DNA of 64,000 bases, from contig NMRA01000258.1 of assembly GCA_002633005.1 (NCBI GenBank), positions 202,060-266,059 on the forward strand. The letters run 5' to 3'. A program made the position numbers and the translations under genes. This DNA is from Phoronis australis (Eukaryota; Animalia; Phoronida). The notes beneath the pieces are model-generated. The model was not told where the DNA came from. It did no database searches and saw only the letters and a list, made by a program, of their open reading frames with translations. Shown one piece after another: positions 11,774 to 23,716 of this stretch (the stretch's first letter is position 1; every line of letters starts with the position of its first letter).

Positions 11774-13343
11774 TGACGTCATCGAACGTGAAAATAGAAT
11801 ACTTAAATGAGCACGCGCAACAATCGCATGTTCAACAAAGGGCATTGCACCGACATTTATACGCTATGAAAAATAATATGCATAATTTCCATAAAAACGA
11901 TATTTTAATTCAGTGAAATTTTTCTCTCGTGTTCTCTCACTTGTAAATCACCGATTTCCAATTTGAATACGGGTATCGTGTCGTCGGGATCCTTTGACTT
12001 GAGCATTATACTCAGTTTCTAGTGGTGAGTGGTAACCTACTTTAGCAGACGATATTTTCCAGGTCGAAGCTTAGCGTGTTAAAATGTGTAGTAAGCTATA
12101 ATAGTTGCTAAACCTTAGTTTATAGATTCACTTTATTTCTATTTTGTTCAAATTTTCAATTGGTTCTGAGTAAAAGGATTATTTGACAAAATAGCTCGGC
12201 TTTTCTTAAAAGGTCACGACCTCCGACCCCGGCCTCTGACAGAGAAAGTAGGTACAAAGCCGAGGCGAGTCGAGAAAGGTAGATCGATTCATTGCACGTT
12301 AAGTATGTGGTATAAATACGCCCCTCGGGCGATAATTCTCCAAAATCCACTCGGGCTCTAGATAAAGACTTCGCCATGTAATAATCTATATGTATTTGCC
12401 ATCCGACGCAAATATTGTGGTATAAAGATATTTTATCTTTAAAAAAATATAGAACGAGAAATTGCATGTTTTTGTAGCCCGCGGGAATGGTGCGCTTCAT
12501 AAGAAACTTGTCTCATACAGCGGTGAGATGTACTTCGTGAATAGATTTTTACAGCTACATGTAGGACTGTAGACAGAATAGAACCCGTCGGTATCAGAGA
12601 CTTTGATCTTGCTCCTTTTGTGTGGAACAGGGCAATTATCGCATTACCCATGACTTTAGGGCAACGGAAAACTGGCTGGAATAAGTCAAACTATGGGGTG
12701 GTTTTTCTATCAAATTGGGTTCCAAAATGAATACTCAATGAAAAATTTTATTGTGGCTGCTTTTTCCCAAAGAAATGCGATAAATATTATCCAAAATACG
12801 ATGTTATTGTTTCTGTTGTGCTTACCAAGGGAAGCCTGTATACTGTAATGCCGGATACACACTTGGTTTACGACCTGTGAGCGCTAAGAAAAGATTGCAA
12901 GAACGCTTCAACAATAACAAACTTGTTACCTGATACTGAAACTCTTTTCGTCTGGAGTTAAAACTGTGGGGGTATGTTTTCGAGTATACCAAGAAACCAT
13001 TCATGTTAAAAACAATAGAAAGCACGTGGGGACGCATTTATCAATTCGAGCTGGAACATTTGACAAGATATCATTCAACAATCCAAGAAAGAAGTCGTTA
13101 AGTGTGTGAACCGTTTTCTTCCGTGTGACAAATACCATGCAAACTCATGAAATATGACGTCGCTTGCGTAAAATGTAACAATGTTACTTAACTTATAAAA
13201 ATGCATAAAATGTAACAACAAGCTACTTTTTTGGAGAGGCCTAGCAACTTAAACTGTAACAATGACGTAAAATGTAACAGTTACATTTACAAAATTGTTA
13301 CCTTTCACGGCGTATCAATGCTTTCGTGTAATGTCACTTTCAG

Positions 13344-14492
13344 ACAACATGTTTGACAGCAGTAAGCCGGCTACATCAAGTTCCACAAATGCCATATTAA
13401 CTACTTTTCCAGCGACTTTGGACATTGCTTCAAACGCAACGCAAGTAACAACCACCACATTTTCAACAAGCCCACTGGAAACAACAGAAAGTTTAATGGA
13501 CAATCAAACGACGGTATCAGTAACTACGGAAACGCCCACCACATTTTCGACCATTTCACTTGAAACAACAGAAAGGTCCATAAGCAATCATACGACGAGA
13601 CCTCAAGCTACGCAAACAACTGTCACGTATTCGAACGGCTTACCACAAACAACTGGAAGTGCTACCAACAGTCAATCGATAAGACCAGAGACTGTAGACA
13701 CGACCACTACATTTCCGATTAGTTCACCGGAACATCCTATCACCAACCATACGACGAACCAGGAAACTACACTAACGACCACTAAATTGTCGACTAGTTC
13801 ACCGGAACTAACTGAACGCTTTACCATGAACGAAACGTCGAGAGAGGACAATCCGAGAGAGACCACATTTTCAAGTGCAAGTCCCATTAGCAATGATACG
13901 ACGAGACCTCAAACTGCAGAAAAGACCACTACGTATTCGACTGGCTTACCACAAACAACTGGAAGTGTCACCACCAGACAAGAGACCGTAGTTACGACCA
14001 CTACATTTTCGACTAATTCACGTAAATATTCTATCACCAAACATAGGACAAGCCAGGAGATTGCATCTACGACCACCACATTTTCGATTAGTTCATCTGA
14101 AGCAGCTAAACGTGCGACCATCAGTGAAACAGCCAAAACAGGCACGAGCTCCACGTTCTCGACTAATTTATGGGAAAACCCGAACGTTAGTCAACCGACG
14201 AGGTCAAAGACTAACGAAACGACCACTTCATTTTCGACAAATTCACCTAAATCGACAGAACGTCGTAACGCCAATGAACAAACGAAAACATTCTCCACGT
14301 CAATGAGCACGGGAACAGTGGTCAGATCCGAATTGGCCACGGCTATGACAGCATCTGAGAGCAAGACACAAACGACAGAAATTCCGACATCACCACATGA
14401 TCAGATGACCAAATCTGCAGGAACCGCTCTCGTGACCTCTACAACAACTTTACCTCCTTATGAAGTTACCCATGAACCATGCACGCAACAAA
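13344..14492 (+). CDS. Gene A exon: Ser/Thr-rich mucin-like stalk
   Basis: ctttcag acceptor and GTAAGT donor, phase 1-1, within the 421-aa ORF; degenerate TTTFSTSSPE-like repeats and many NxT/S sites; ends TLPPYEVTHEPCTQQ, matching gene B TLPTYEKSEEPCTKD. Confidence 0.9.
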
Positions 14493-15612
14493 GTAAGTTG
14501 AGTGCGAGGCTGGGACCTGGCGCTCATTTGTTCTATTCACAAATACCCTCATGCAGTTAATAATCTTTGTAGTTCTCATTATTTAAGTGCGAACTGCCAA
14601 ATTTGAGTCGAATTTTCGGACCAATGTCACATTGAGTGTGCGATAGTTTCAAGAGAAAAGGCCAAAGGCCAAATAGTACCTTGATATCACCTTCGGAGAA
14701 TATTAGTTTAATCGGATTTTACTTTTTAACCGTTACCGATACACGTACGCAGAACTGCCGTCGCAGGAAGTGACGAATTGCATATAATGTAGGACATTTC
14801 TGACAGAAAATTGCGTTCATTTAAGCACTTTCGCTTACATTCACCAATTTCACCAAATGAGTTTTGTCAGTTGAAAGATCTCACTAAAATATAAACATTT
14901 CGCAACTCACAGCCCTGTTTGTATTTGCTTTATTTCATTATTAATATTTTATCTTTTTAAAGTGAGCGAGGAATCCGGTGAAACCTCATTACATATGGCG
15001 GTAATTGAGTTTGTGCCCATACTGCATGAGGCAACTGTCACTCACTATGGTTGCTATTTTGGTGGCGTAGCACTAGAAATAAAAAAGCATACCAATTCAG
15101 GTATTTCGAAAATATTTGGTGCTGAATTGGAATGCGCTTTACTTCGGCTTAGGTTTCGAATGAACCAACTTGCGCCCAAATCCGTTTTGCGAAGTTTTAA
15201 ATTATAATGACGCGAAAAGAATATCTAGATACTAGACACCGTTTTGGCAAATTAACAGACATTACCAACGACTTCACATCCAGGTATCTAAAACACAAGA
15301 ATTTTCTATAACCCTTGTGAACCCTTAAACGCTTGGAGCAAATATTGAGAACTCTTTACAAGGTCTGCAAGTAAGTGTGACCGCTTTAGGCGCGATTCAC
15401 GAAAACTGTATCAGAAAAGAACACCCACCAAGAACCGTGAGATCCGTTCTGCAATGTAGCTAAGTATGTGTTTTTATTTGAATCCTGGTTTTATCACTCA
15501 AGTGAGGCCCGACAACAGGGTTTAGTATTCTAAATATTTCGTATGAAAGCCTGTGCTTCTCAGTACCAACTGTTTCTTAAATTTACGTGGTCAACATATT
15601 GATCTGCTCCAG

Positions 15613-15804
15613 TTGAACCTCTTCACGAGCAACGCCTTACATCTCAGTTCCTTAACAAAACTACAACGGAAGATGGCCACTACAAGACTACGCATGTGAC
15701 ATGTGACATGAACAGTACGACCAACGTGCATATGACTGTTGTGTTCAGTTGTTCAGTCGCTGGAACCGACAAAGGTTTCATCTGGTGGGATATTTTCTGT
15801 ACTG
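15613..15804 (+). CDS. Gene A exon: Cys module (degenerate sushi/CCP-like)
   Basis: ctccag acceptor and GTAAGT donor, 192 nt; EPLHEQRL...HVTCDMNS...VVFSCSVAGTDKGFIWWDIFCT; same length and motif as gene B exon 22036-21845. Confidence 0.88.
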
Positions 15805-16681
15805 GTAAGTATCCACCTCCGCCAAGCAGGTTGATTTGTTCCTCTAATGTTAAGTTGTATGTTGAGCACTTTTAGATTAAGGTTTGAGTTTTGAGTGACT
15901 GGTGAATTCTCAGAACAAGTTAATAGGAAGTTCCGCGCCAGCCATTCGGTCGTTGGATAAATTAAAGGGACGTTTTAGCACTGGCATATTTTGGTCGAAG
16001 TCTGCACTCTTCGAGAGGATTCTAGTTGGGAACGGATTAAAAGTCAAGTTTTTGACACTTTTTTGTAACAAACAGCTGTCACGACGTGACTTTAATGAGA
16101 CAATTTATAGAAACATTAGGTTTAAAAGAAAAAAATATTTAATGAAGCTTCAACATTCAAAACCGAACATTTACACACAATAAGTTTGGTCACTGGGTAG
16201 ACCACTCTCCAAGTGGCACCCCAAACTAATAATACTGAGTCGAGAGTCCATCTTATTTCACACAGTCCATGCACAGTCTTTTGTGGTCAGCATCCGACTC
16301 CATCATCTTTGTCCGCTGAATGTCCCAAGTCTCCTGTAGACACAAACGTTCCACTTTCTGTGAACAGCTTCTAACAAGTCTGCACTGTGTCACGGCTGGC
16401 TCTCGACTGATGTACCCAGGTCGAACATTTGAATAAACCCGGCCAACACAGCAGCTCATTTGCATATAAATGTCCCGGCAACAATTGCTGAAAAATGACG
16501 CCGGCGAAGTAACAGATTACGTTCTCAATTATCCTTTCTTTACAACAGCCCGATTGAGGAATTAAGGTATTTTATAAGAAGTGACGTCAATTTTCAGTGG
16601 GTGTTACATATAACTGTTTTCTTTGTCAGACAATGGCAACGTAGGTCACATTAATGCCCGATTCATATCAATCATTTGCAG

Positions 16682-17352
16682 CTCGTCCGAGGCGAAGGAG
16701 GCCTCCAAAAGTAACCGGACCTGTGTTCCCCCGACCAAAACGAGCTCCATACGAAGCTCCGGCGGCTGAAGTAGTTGGCGGTTTTCAACTAGTGATAGTA
16801 CTCGCCATTCTTGGATTTATCGTTTTTCTGGATCTTGTTACCATTGGTAGGAACTTGCACTTCATGCAAAGAAATCTTCGATGGACGAAAGGACATCACT
16901 CTCGTCCAAGGAGCAACAAGCGATGGGTGAAAAATGAGAAGAATGTGCAGACCATGCGAAAGACTCTTCGACGCTTAGCAGCCATAAAAGCTGGCTCAAA
17001 GCTCGACGACTTTCAAACCAAGGAAAAGACTCTTAAGCGGTTGAAATATTTGAAAGCCCATCCACAACCTAGCGAACAACCTTTGAAATGCAATAAAAAC
17101 CAAGTTAGTCATAAACGCTCAGACCCTTGGATACCTGCGGAAATATGTAGACAACACCCTTTAAAACTCAATAACTGGATGGATCTCGTTCCTTTTAATG
17201 TTAAGTTAAACATAAACAGTAGACAAGCACGAAGTCGTATTGCTGGAGCAGAAGAGAAAGCTCTAGGCAGGCGTTTAGTGACGTTGTATCCAGCCTCGAA
17301 GTTGTCTTCGATGCACAAGCACAAGAGGCAGCAGAAGATTCCTGTTGTTTAG
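16682..17352 (+). CDS. Gene A last exon: polybasic linker, transmembrane helix, basic cytoplasmic tail
   Basis: tttgcag acceptor, phase 1; RPRRRRPPKVTGPVF..EAPAAEVVGGFQLVIVLAILGFIVFLDLVTIGRNL; stop at 17350-17352. Confidence 0.9.
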
Positions 17353-18168
17353 ACAGTTTACAAATTCCAACTTTGTCGCTTAAGAAGCTATCATGGTGCA
17401 CATATACAAATGGTCAAAAAGGTTTGTGGGGCAGCCAGCCCTGCGTTTCGCGGAGAAGAGAACCCTGTGAAAACACAAGATTTCGCGAGATATCGCCATA
17501 TATTATAAGCGAAGCACACTAGCTTCAATAGCGAGGTGCTAGCGTCTATGATAAACAGATCACCACCCATGACTGAAACAATACGTGATTTGCACTCGCA
17601 CGTGCTCCCCATAGCTCAGGTTCGTAAGATAAAAGCCCTTCTAATCCAGAACCTGGAAAGTGTTTGACCCTCCAAAGAGCGCTGCTCGGGATGACCATTA
17701 TCCTACAATCCATTGTGAATTTGATGTCTCTCGCTCTCGTGAAAATGTGAATTGGCAAACTCGAAATTCACTAGGGGCACTTAGCGAAACAAGGATTCTT
17801 CTCGCAGCAAATTTAAAATGCACTCATTCAGGTAGTCATGAGGCACTCAGTGTACACTTGCAAAGTGGCCGACTAAGCTACTGTGGTTCGTCGAAGCTGA
17901 TGAATTAATGGAGAAAAATGTACGTAAACACAGTGTTCAGTTCACCATTCAATCCATAAGACATTGCTATCACACTTCTGCTCGTGAATTTCAAAGAACA
18001 CCACGTACATTCCATTGTCTCTTTACACAAAAGCTATATTTAGTCTGTTACCCAGTCACGCCAACACATGTATTGCAATGATATTGAGTACTCAATGAAC
18101 ATTTCTATGATGGGTTAGTGTAAATATGGCGTGATAGTAGATGCAAGGAAGCAAATTAGCGATAATAA

Positions 18169-18298
18169 GGATACGTAGGTCCTTACATACGTAGGTCCTT
18201 ACATACGTAGGTCCTTACATACGTAGGTCCTTACATACGTAGGTCCTTACATACGTAGGTCCTTATATACGTAGGTCCTTACATACGTAGGTCCTTAC
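18169..18298. repeat. 16-bp minisatellite (catacgtaggtcctta) x about 8
   Basis: Directly visible, near-perfect copies. Confidence 0.95.
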
Positions 18299-19324
18299 AG
18301 ACAAGTCTGTACATTTAACCAAATATCTACATAACTATATTTTGAAATAAAATCTCCGTAGAATTATATATTTTTGACTGTAGGCCACGTGTCCTTGATT
18401 TTTAGGAAAATTTTGCAAAAAAGAAAGGTACCTTGACAGCAAAACGAAAGGATCGATAACATGGCCAATTTTGAAATGAATGATGTACACGTTCAGCATA
18501 AAACCTCAAAAACGCTGTTACAGTTTTCGTTTCATCAAATTGTTTCATAGAAATAAGACAAGTCCTATTTTTGTTAGTGTCTCATGCAAAGTGGAACACT
18601 TCAGAAACAATGTCCAACATCCTTTTGGATAATAGTATATAAAGCATAGTTTATGAAAGTGTCGTGTGAATCCGGTCACACATTTCTGAGGTACGATTTT
18701 TCGAAGTTGGCCAAAAGTGGATACTTTTCTAGGGTCCTACATGTCTCTAAGGTAGGTAACTGGCCACTGATGGTACGTATATGTGTGTCTTGTTCCCCAA
18801 CTTGCAATGGACATCGGACCACCCCAAACATTTTAGCGTAATTCAGTTTACGAGTACTTCAATTAGTACCTACAAGTGTAATGTTGTCTCGGTTTCTACG
18901 GTGAACTAACAGCAACTTTGAGCAATGTACACCAACATGCCACTTTTCAGTTTTTAAAGCTGTTCTAAACCGAGCTTTGAGTCCATCTACCGTTATAAAG
19001 CTGTTCTGAACTTGGGAGAACAAACATCTCTTTTAATGTTCAAGGCCAGGCCCAGTAATTGGATTGACCCCGCGGTTCATTTTTTTTGCGCTGAGCATGG
19101 CTTCTCGCGTTAACAAGCTGACGGCTCTTTCAAAGATCAGAAAAAAAATCATTACTACTTTGAATTAGGACAAGCTGAGTCTAGTTTATGTGACGATAAG
19201 TGGCCGAAACATAAGTTACTTTTGAATCAAAATTTAATTTTTTTGTAAAATGCGATTGATAATACCTTTAAATAAAAATAATATCGTATAAGTTTTTCAC
19301 GTCATTTTTCATCGAATGTGAATC

Positions 19325-19484
19325 CAGTGGCGGATTTAGAGGGGGCCAAGGGGGCCATGTCCCCACCCCCTTAAATTCTACCGGATTCCATTTGGCTGTT
19401 TGGGGGTGCGAATGTCTGACGGGCAAAATCCTGGAAAATATTCTGCCCTGCCCTCCCTTAACTCAAAATCCTGGATCCGCTCTG
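19325..19484. mobile_element. hAT-like MITE with 5-bp TSD; related copies at about 34915-35015, 57658-57792, 60180-60310
   Basis: GAATC|CAGTGGCGGATTTAG ... CTGGATCCGCTCTG|GAATC; the internal segment gattccatttggc...tctgacgggcaaaatcctgg is shared by the copies. Confidence 0.75.
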
Positions 19485-20600
19485 GAATCCGTTACCTGGA
19501 GTACTCCACTGCCACAGCATGCAGGTTTTTGCATTTTATATCATGCCAAGTATCAAATATTAAATTTCATATGCTGGGGACCTGTAGAGCGATTGTATTT
19601 TGTTAATTCAATTTTATTTTCATCAATTTGAATATGCTTTGAAGACTCGTTGCTTCTAAATGATCGACTCACGTGGTCTTAAAGATCCTTGCCATAACAT
19701 GAATTCAGTTGAAGTAAATCTTGTACAAGCACTGAATCTCCAAAAAAGATTGCATTTAAAAAATAACATTGAATTAACAAGATATTTTTAACTTTTATTA
19801 AGACAAGTTTTACGCACCAATAACTTGATGTTTTTATCGTATAAAGTTTGCATTGATTTTTCAAATGTCCAATTTTTATAAGTTATCCAATGTCTTATTG
19901 AGTTGTATGTAAAAAATCGAATACGACTGATGGCTGTAAGTCAATTTTTCAATATAGTACCACATGTACAGGAAATATATTTTATGTTATTTTAAATGTC
20001 ATCTGTCAGCAAGTGCACTCAAGAGTACTATGAGATTTGCATGTACATGGACTTTATATTCCAAGTGGTTGTTTAGTCTTTGAATAAACATGCATGGTTT
20101 TACTCAAGGTCTGTTGAATGGTTATAGTGTTCACTCGTAATCTTCCAGGAAATGTCACTGAAAGGTTGACTTTACTGCAGTTGATTATTTTGTAATCGTG
20201 TAAAATGCGTTGCGTGTTTGGATGGCCAGCCGGTAGGGGATTACGGATCTCATAACAAAACATTTATGTAATTGCCAAATATTGGTTAAGCAGCAGAAAC
20301 TAATGATAGACAACAAAATAACATTATGAATGTAACACAGTGGTGATACAAATTTCAAATTCTCTGAGGAAGAAAAGAGTCCCTCTTCCAGGACAGGCAA
20401 AGTTTTAACGCTAACCACATGTGTTGCGGACGTTTTATAACAAAAATTTTCCGCAAATGAGTTAAACCTAGGTCTATTAATTTTTCCCACGTCTCCACAA
20501 AATGCACCAAGTAAGACTGTCCCCTAACAAGAACATTCAGTCTTAAACGTATACACATTTCCATGACAATGCTACACGTATACTCTTACATAAACACAAC

Positions 20601-20752
20601 AGGCGTGCGTTCAGTAATGCTAGGAGCTAAGCTAGAACCTAGCTAAAATCTATCCAAAATCACGTGTTCTCATTTAAAATACACAGCAATATCTCACGTA
20701 ATTTCTTGAAGTCTTGCTTTTAGCGAGGTCCTAGTGTTACTGAACGGCAGAC
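20601..20752. mobile_element. About 150-bp MITE; second copy at about 58269-58410
   Basis: Inverted termini gttcagtaatgctagga...tcctagtgttactgaac; the body (cacgtgttct..tttaaaat..gcaatatctcacgtaa) is shared with 58269-58410. Confidence 0.7.
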
Positions 20753-20794
20753 AGTATTATTATTGTCCATTGTGCGTCTCCATTACAATATTAA

Positions 20795-21156
20795 TTATAC
20801 TTCTGTGTTTTCACGACAGAAAGGACTGTCCGACCATGCAGTTATAGTTAATTGTGTTCTTGTGGGATTCGACAATGATGAAACCTTTTTCGTCAGTTTA
20901 AACTTGAGCTGCCGTTTGTTCTTGTTAGATTTTCGGTTGAGTTTTCTCTTGCCTGCACGGACATTTTTTCTCATAGTTTGCAAATGTTTACCGAGAGTGC
21001 CAAGATCCGAGAATACAATGAATCCAATGATGGAGACGAATATCATAACGGGAACAAAGCTGACAACTGCCGCTGCAGGAGCCTCAAGTGGCTCCCGTTG
21101 TGGCTTCTTAAAAACGGGCCCATACACCTTGGGTGGGCGTCTCCTTCTTGGACTCG
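20795..21156 (-). CDS. Gene B last exon: polybasic linker, TM, basic tail
   Basis: ctttttcag acceptor; SPRRRRPPKVYGPVFKKPQREPLEAPAAAVVSFVPVMIFVSIIGFIVFSDLGTLGKHLQTMRKN; clear paralog of 16682-17352. Confidence 0.9.
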
Positions 21157-21844
21157 CTGAAAAAGTTAAAATCTCATCAAGGAAAGAATAATAGTAACTT
21201 GTTCTCATCGCTTGTTGGAATTCGTCACTGAAGGGACCGCAAGTGTTGGCTTTAGTGGTCTCCACTTACTCACATCCACCCACACCCACATACACACGTA
21301 CCCCAGTTATTGACGTTTTAGTGACATCCCACATACCAAACACGTTCTTATATATATTTTTCGTACTCAACTTACCTAACTCGATGTTTAATTATTTTAG
21401 TATATTTGGTAAATTGATATACTAATTCTTGTATACATGCTTTTCATCTAAGTAAAACATGCTTTTCAACGAAGTGGAAATGTGCTCACGCTTTCAAACA
21501 TTCATCTGGCGTCCGATTTATGAAGTGACTTCAGACTTAAATAAATTTGACATTTAGTCTGACGCTCTACAGAACTATTTCTGTAAAATAATTAAATCGC
21601 CTTTGAGCAAAGTGTAAAGTCTCTGATAACATACACATAACTGCTAAATACCGAAATGGTTTCTAAGAATTATTTCTAAATTGTGGTGCACTTATGATTA
21701 CTTGACCTTTTTCAGTAACTTTAAGTGGGAACCTAAGACCAAATTCCTGTTTTTTCTGGTTAGCAGCTGAACAAAATAATCACGAATTCAGTTCATGGGA
21801 AACATTTAGCCTTCGTCGAGCAAACTTAAACAACATGCACTTAC

Positions 21845-22036
21845 GTATACAGAAATAATTCCACCAAATGAATCCTTTGTCTGCACGAGTGTGTGAACAC
21901 CCGAATACAACTCTTAGGCGCAAGTCAGCTGTACCGTTACCAACACAAGAAACATAAGTGGTCGTGACATCTGCAGCTTCAGTGGTAACAACGTTTACAT
22001 TCTTGATCAGCCAACGTGTTCCGCTAATGGGTTTAA
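21845..22036 (-). CDS. Gene B exon: Cys module (sushi-like)
   Basis: ttctag acceptor and GTAAGT donor, 192 nt; KPISGTRW...YVSCVGNG...VVFGCSHTRADKGFIWWNYFCI. Confidence 0.88.
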
Positions 22037-23716
22037 CTAGAACAGATATTCCCTTGCACTGAAGCATTACAATGAAGCAATAACGAAACACTGTTTACAG
22101 TCTTGATTTCGTTTCCCTGTTTTGTCTTGATTTCGTTAGGTGCATGTACCATCTACCTTCCAGTTGATCATTGTATTTGATATGAAACCGAAAAATTGAA
22201 GCAGCGACTTTCGTATTTCCTTGGTGTTGTCAATTGTGTCAATTGAAAATGAGGAGTGACTAAACTCTGGTGAGATCACCCAAAATTGATTCTGTTAGTA
22301 CCACTGTGGGAGTGAGATACAAGTAGTAAGCCAATTGATTACGCCCTCATTATGTTAGAAAGTAGACTGTGTGGTTTGAGATCGACGGTCTTCCACAAAG
22401 CGGCTGGTTTACTGTTTTAAGCCGTTAGTCACGCTTGTCAAATTAGTAGAATTTCCTTTAAAATATGCAACGAACTATTGAAAGTTAACGTCGGTTACGA
22501 AAGAGCATATTAGTACTCTTACGGTACTAAAAATACTGAAACAGTGTGTTAACCCTAGTACCACAAAGTAACACTAGATAAGTAAAATGCTATTTAAAGA
22601 ATATTTCTGAGTTTTCACAATGTTTTATTATACATCAAATGCGTTGAAAACATTGCTTCAGACTTTTCTAGGAACATCGATTAAATTCTCCGCGATTATT
22701 GTTGGAGAATACATGTACAAAGACACGGGGATCATTTGGTAGGTCTACCTGGATCAAAAATCGGAGAGTCCCTTCCCCTTAACCACAAAATTCATCCTCC
22801 CTGTTACTGATAATTTCGCTAGAACCCACCCCCTTGCCACCAGCGATCGCCATCATTGGTCACCACCACTGAGCAGTCGCTAGTAGAGGTCGCCACCAAT
22901 CTAACCACTGATTTCACCCCTTTACTGTTGCTTTTCCCGAATTGATTTTTCCCCGAAATCGGGGGACCAATTACCCCCTCCGCTGCTTAATACATGCCTA
23001 TAGCTGACCATCGAATCATAAATTGCCGCGAAGGTCATACGCAAATAGTTCTGGTGACTTAGTTTTTGGGGATGTGTGGTTCTGCTTTAGTGCCCCATGA
23101 AAATGATTATCTGCCGGAGGTGGAAATATTGAAGACGATGATGGAACCAAGAGTACATGGCTGGGATGACTTCTATATAAATACATGTAGGTGAGGACAT
23201 GCGGTGTAACACGTTGACACCGCATTGTCGCGATTGAGGCACTGGCGTGTGTCAATGATGCGGTTGGTAGATAGGGAGCGCATTTACACATACATCTTAA
23301 AATCGTCGTTTTCGATTTAACGTTATCGTTACAATCATGTTGTTCTCGAAAGTTCTGCAGATTGCCAGTACAGAAATATCCCAGTAGAAGGTTACGACCA
23401 CAAATTCTTGCAAAACAATTTCCACTGTGTGTGCTTTTGAATGTCTGCTCAAATTCGGTTTCAACCCGAGGATTGCGACAGCTTATTGTCTAACAACAGG
23501 TTCTACTTTCAGAAGTTATAGCCTAGTTTTGTACATATGTGGCTCAATATAAACTGCACTCTTGCTAAGCAGGTTACACGTATCCTTAAATGGTGTGAAG
23601 GCGTACCACATGGTGAACGTCTATTGGTCACACCTACAGCTGCATATGAGATTGATAATGTTAACGAGAGGCAAGACATTTGTTGACTTCAAATCAGTCA
23701 GAAATCATGAACTTAC

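Larger units (their letters stand above)
10700..12395. mobile_element. 1.7-kb palindromic (foldback) non-autonomous element with tRNA-like units in each arm
   Basis: Left arm about 10700-11517 is the reverse complement of right arm about 11668-12395 (e.g. atatagattattacttggcgaagtctt vs aagacttcgccatgtaataatctatat); an extra hairpin sits at 10742-10830; the centre is an 86-bp tandem repeat. Confidence 0.9.
14..17352 (+). other. Gene A (5'-incomplete): PAN-Kringle-CTLD-WSC-mucin-sushi-like-TM membrane protein; exons 14-298, 1005-1256, 1465-1645, 4423-4667, 5577-5810, 13344-14492, 15613-15804, 16682-17352
   Basis: All exons are bounded by AG/GT with compatible phases (1,1,1,2,1,1,1,1) and give one open frame; exon-by-exon homology to gene B. 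The signal-peptide exon is presumably upstream of the window. Confidence 0.85.

Noticed and set aside
16598-16681. Alternative acceptors (16598, 16630) or ATG 16654 as start of the last gene A exon
   Set aside because: Those acceptors give stops or the wrong frame; 16682 matches the phase and the paralogous gene B acceptor.
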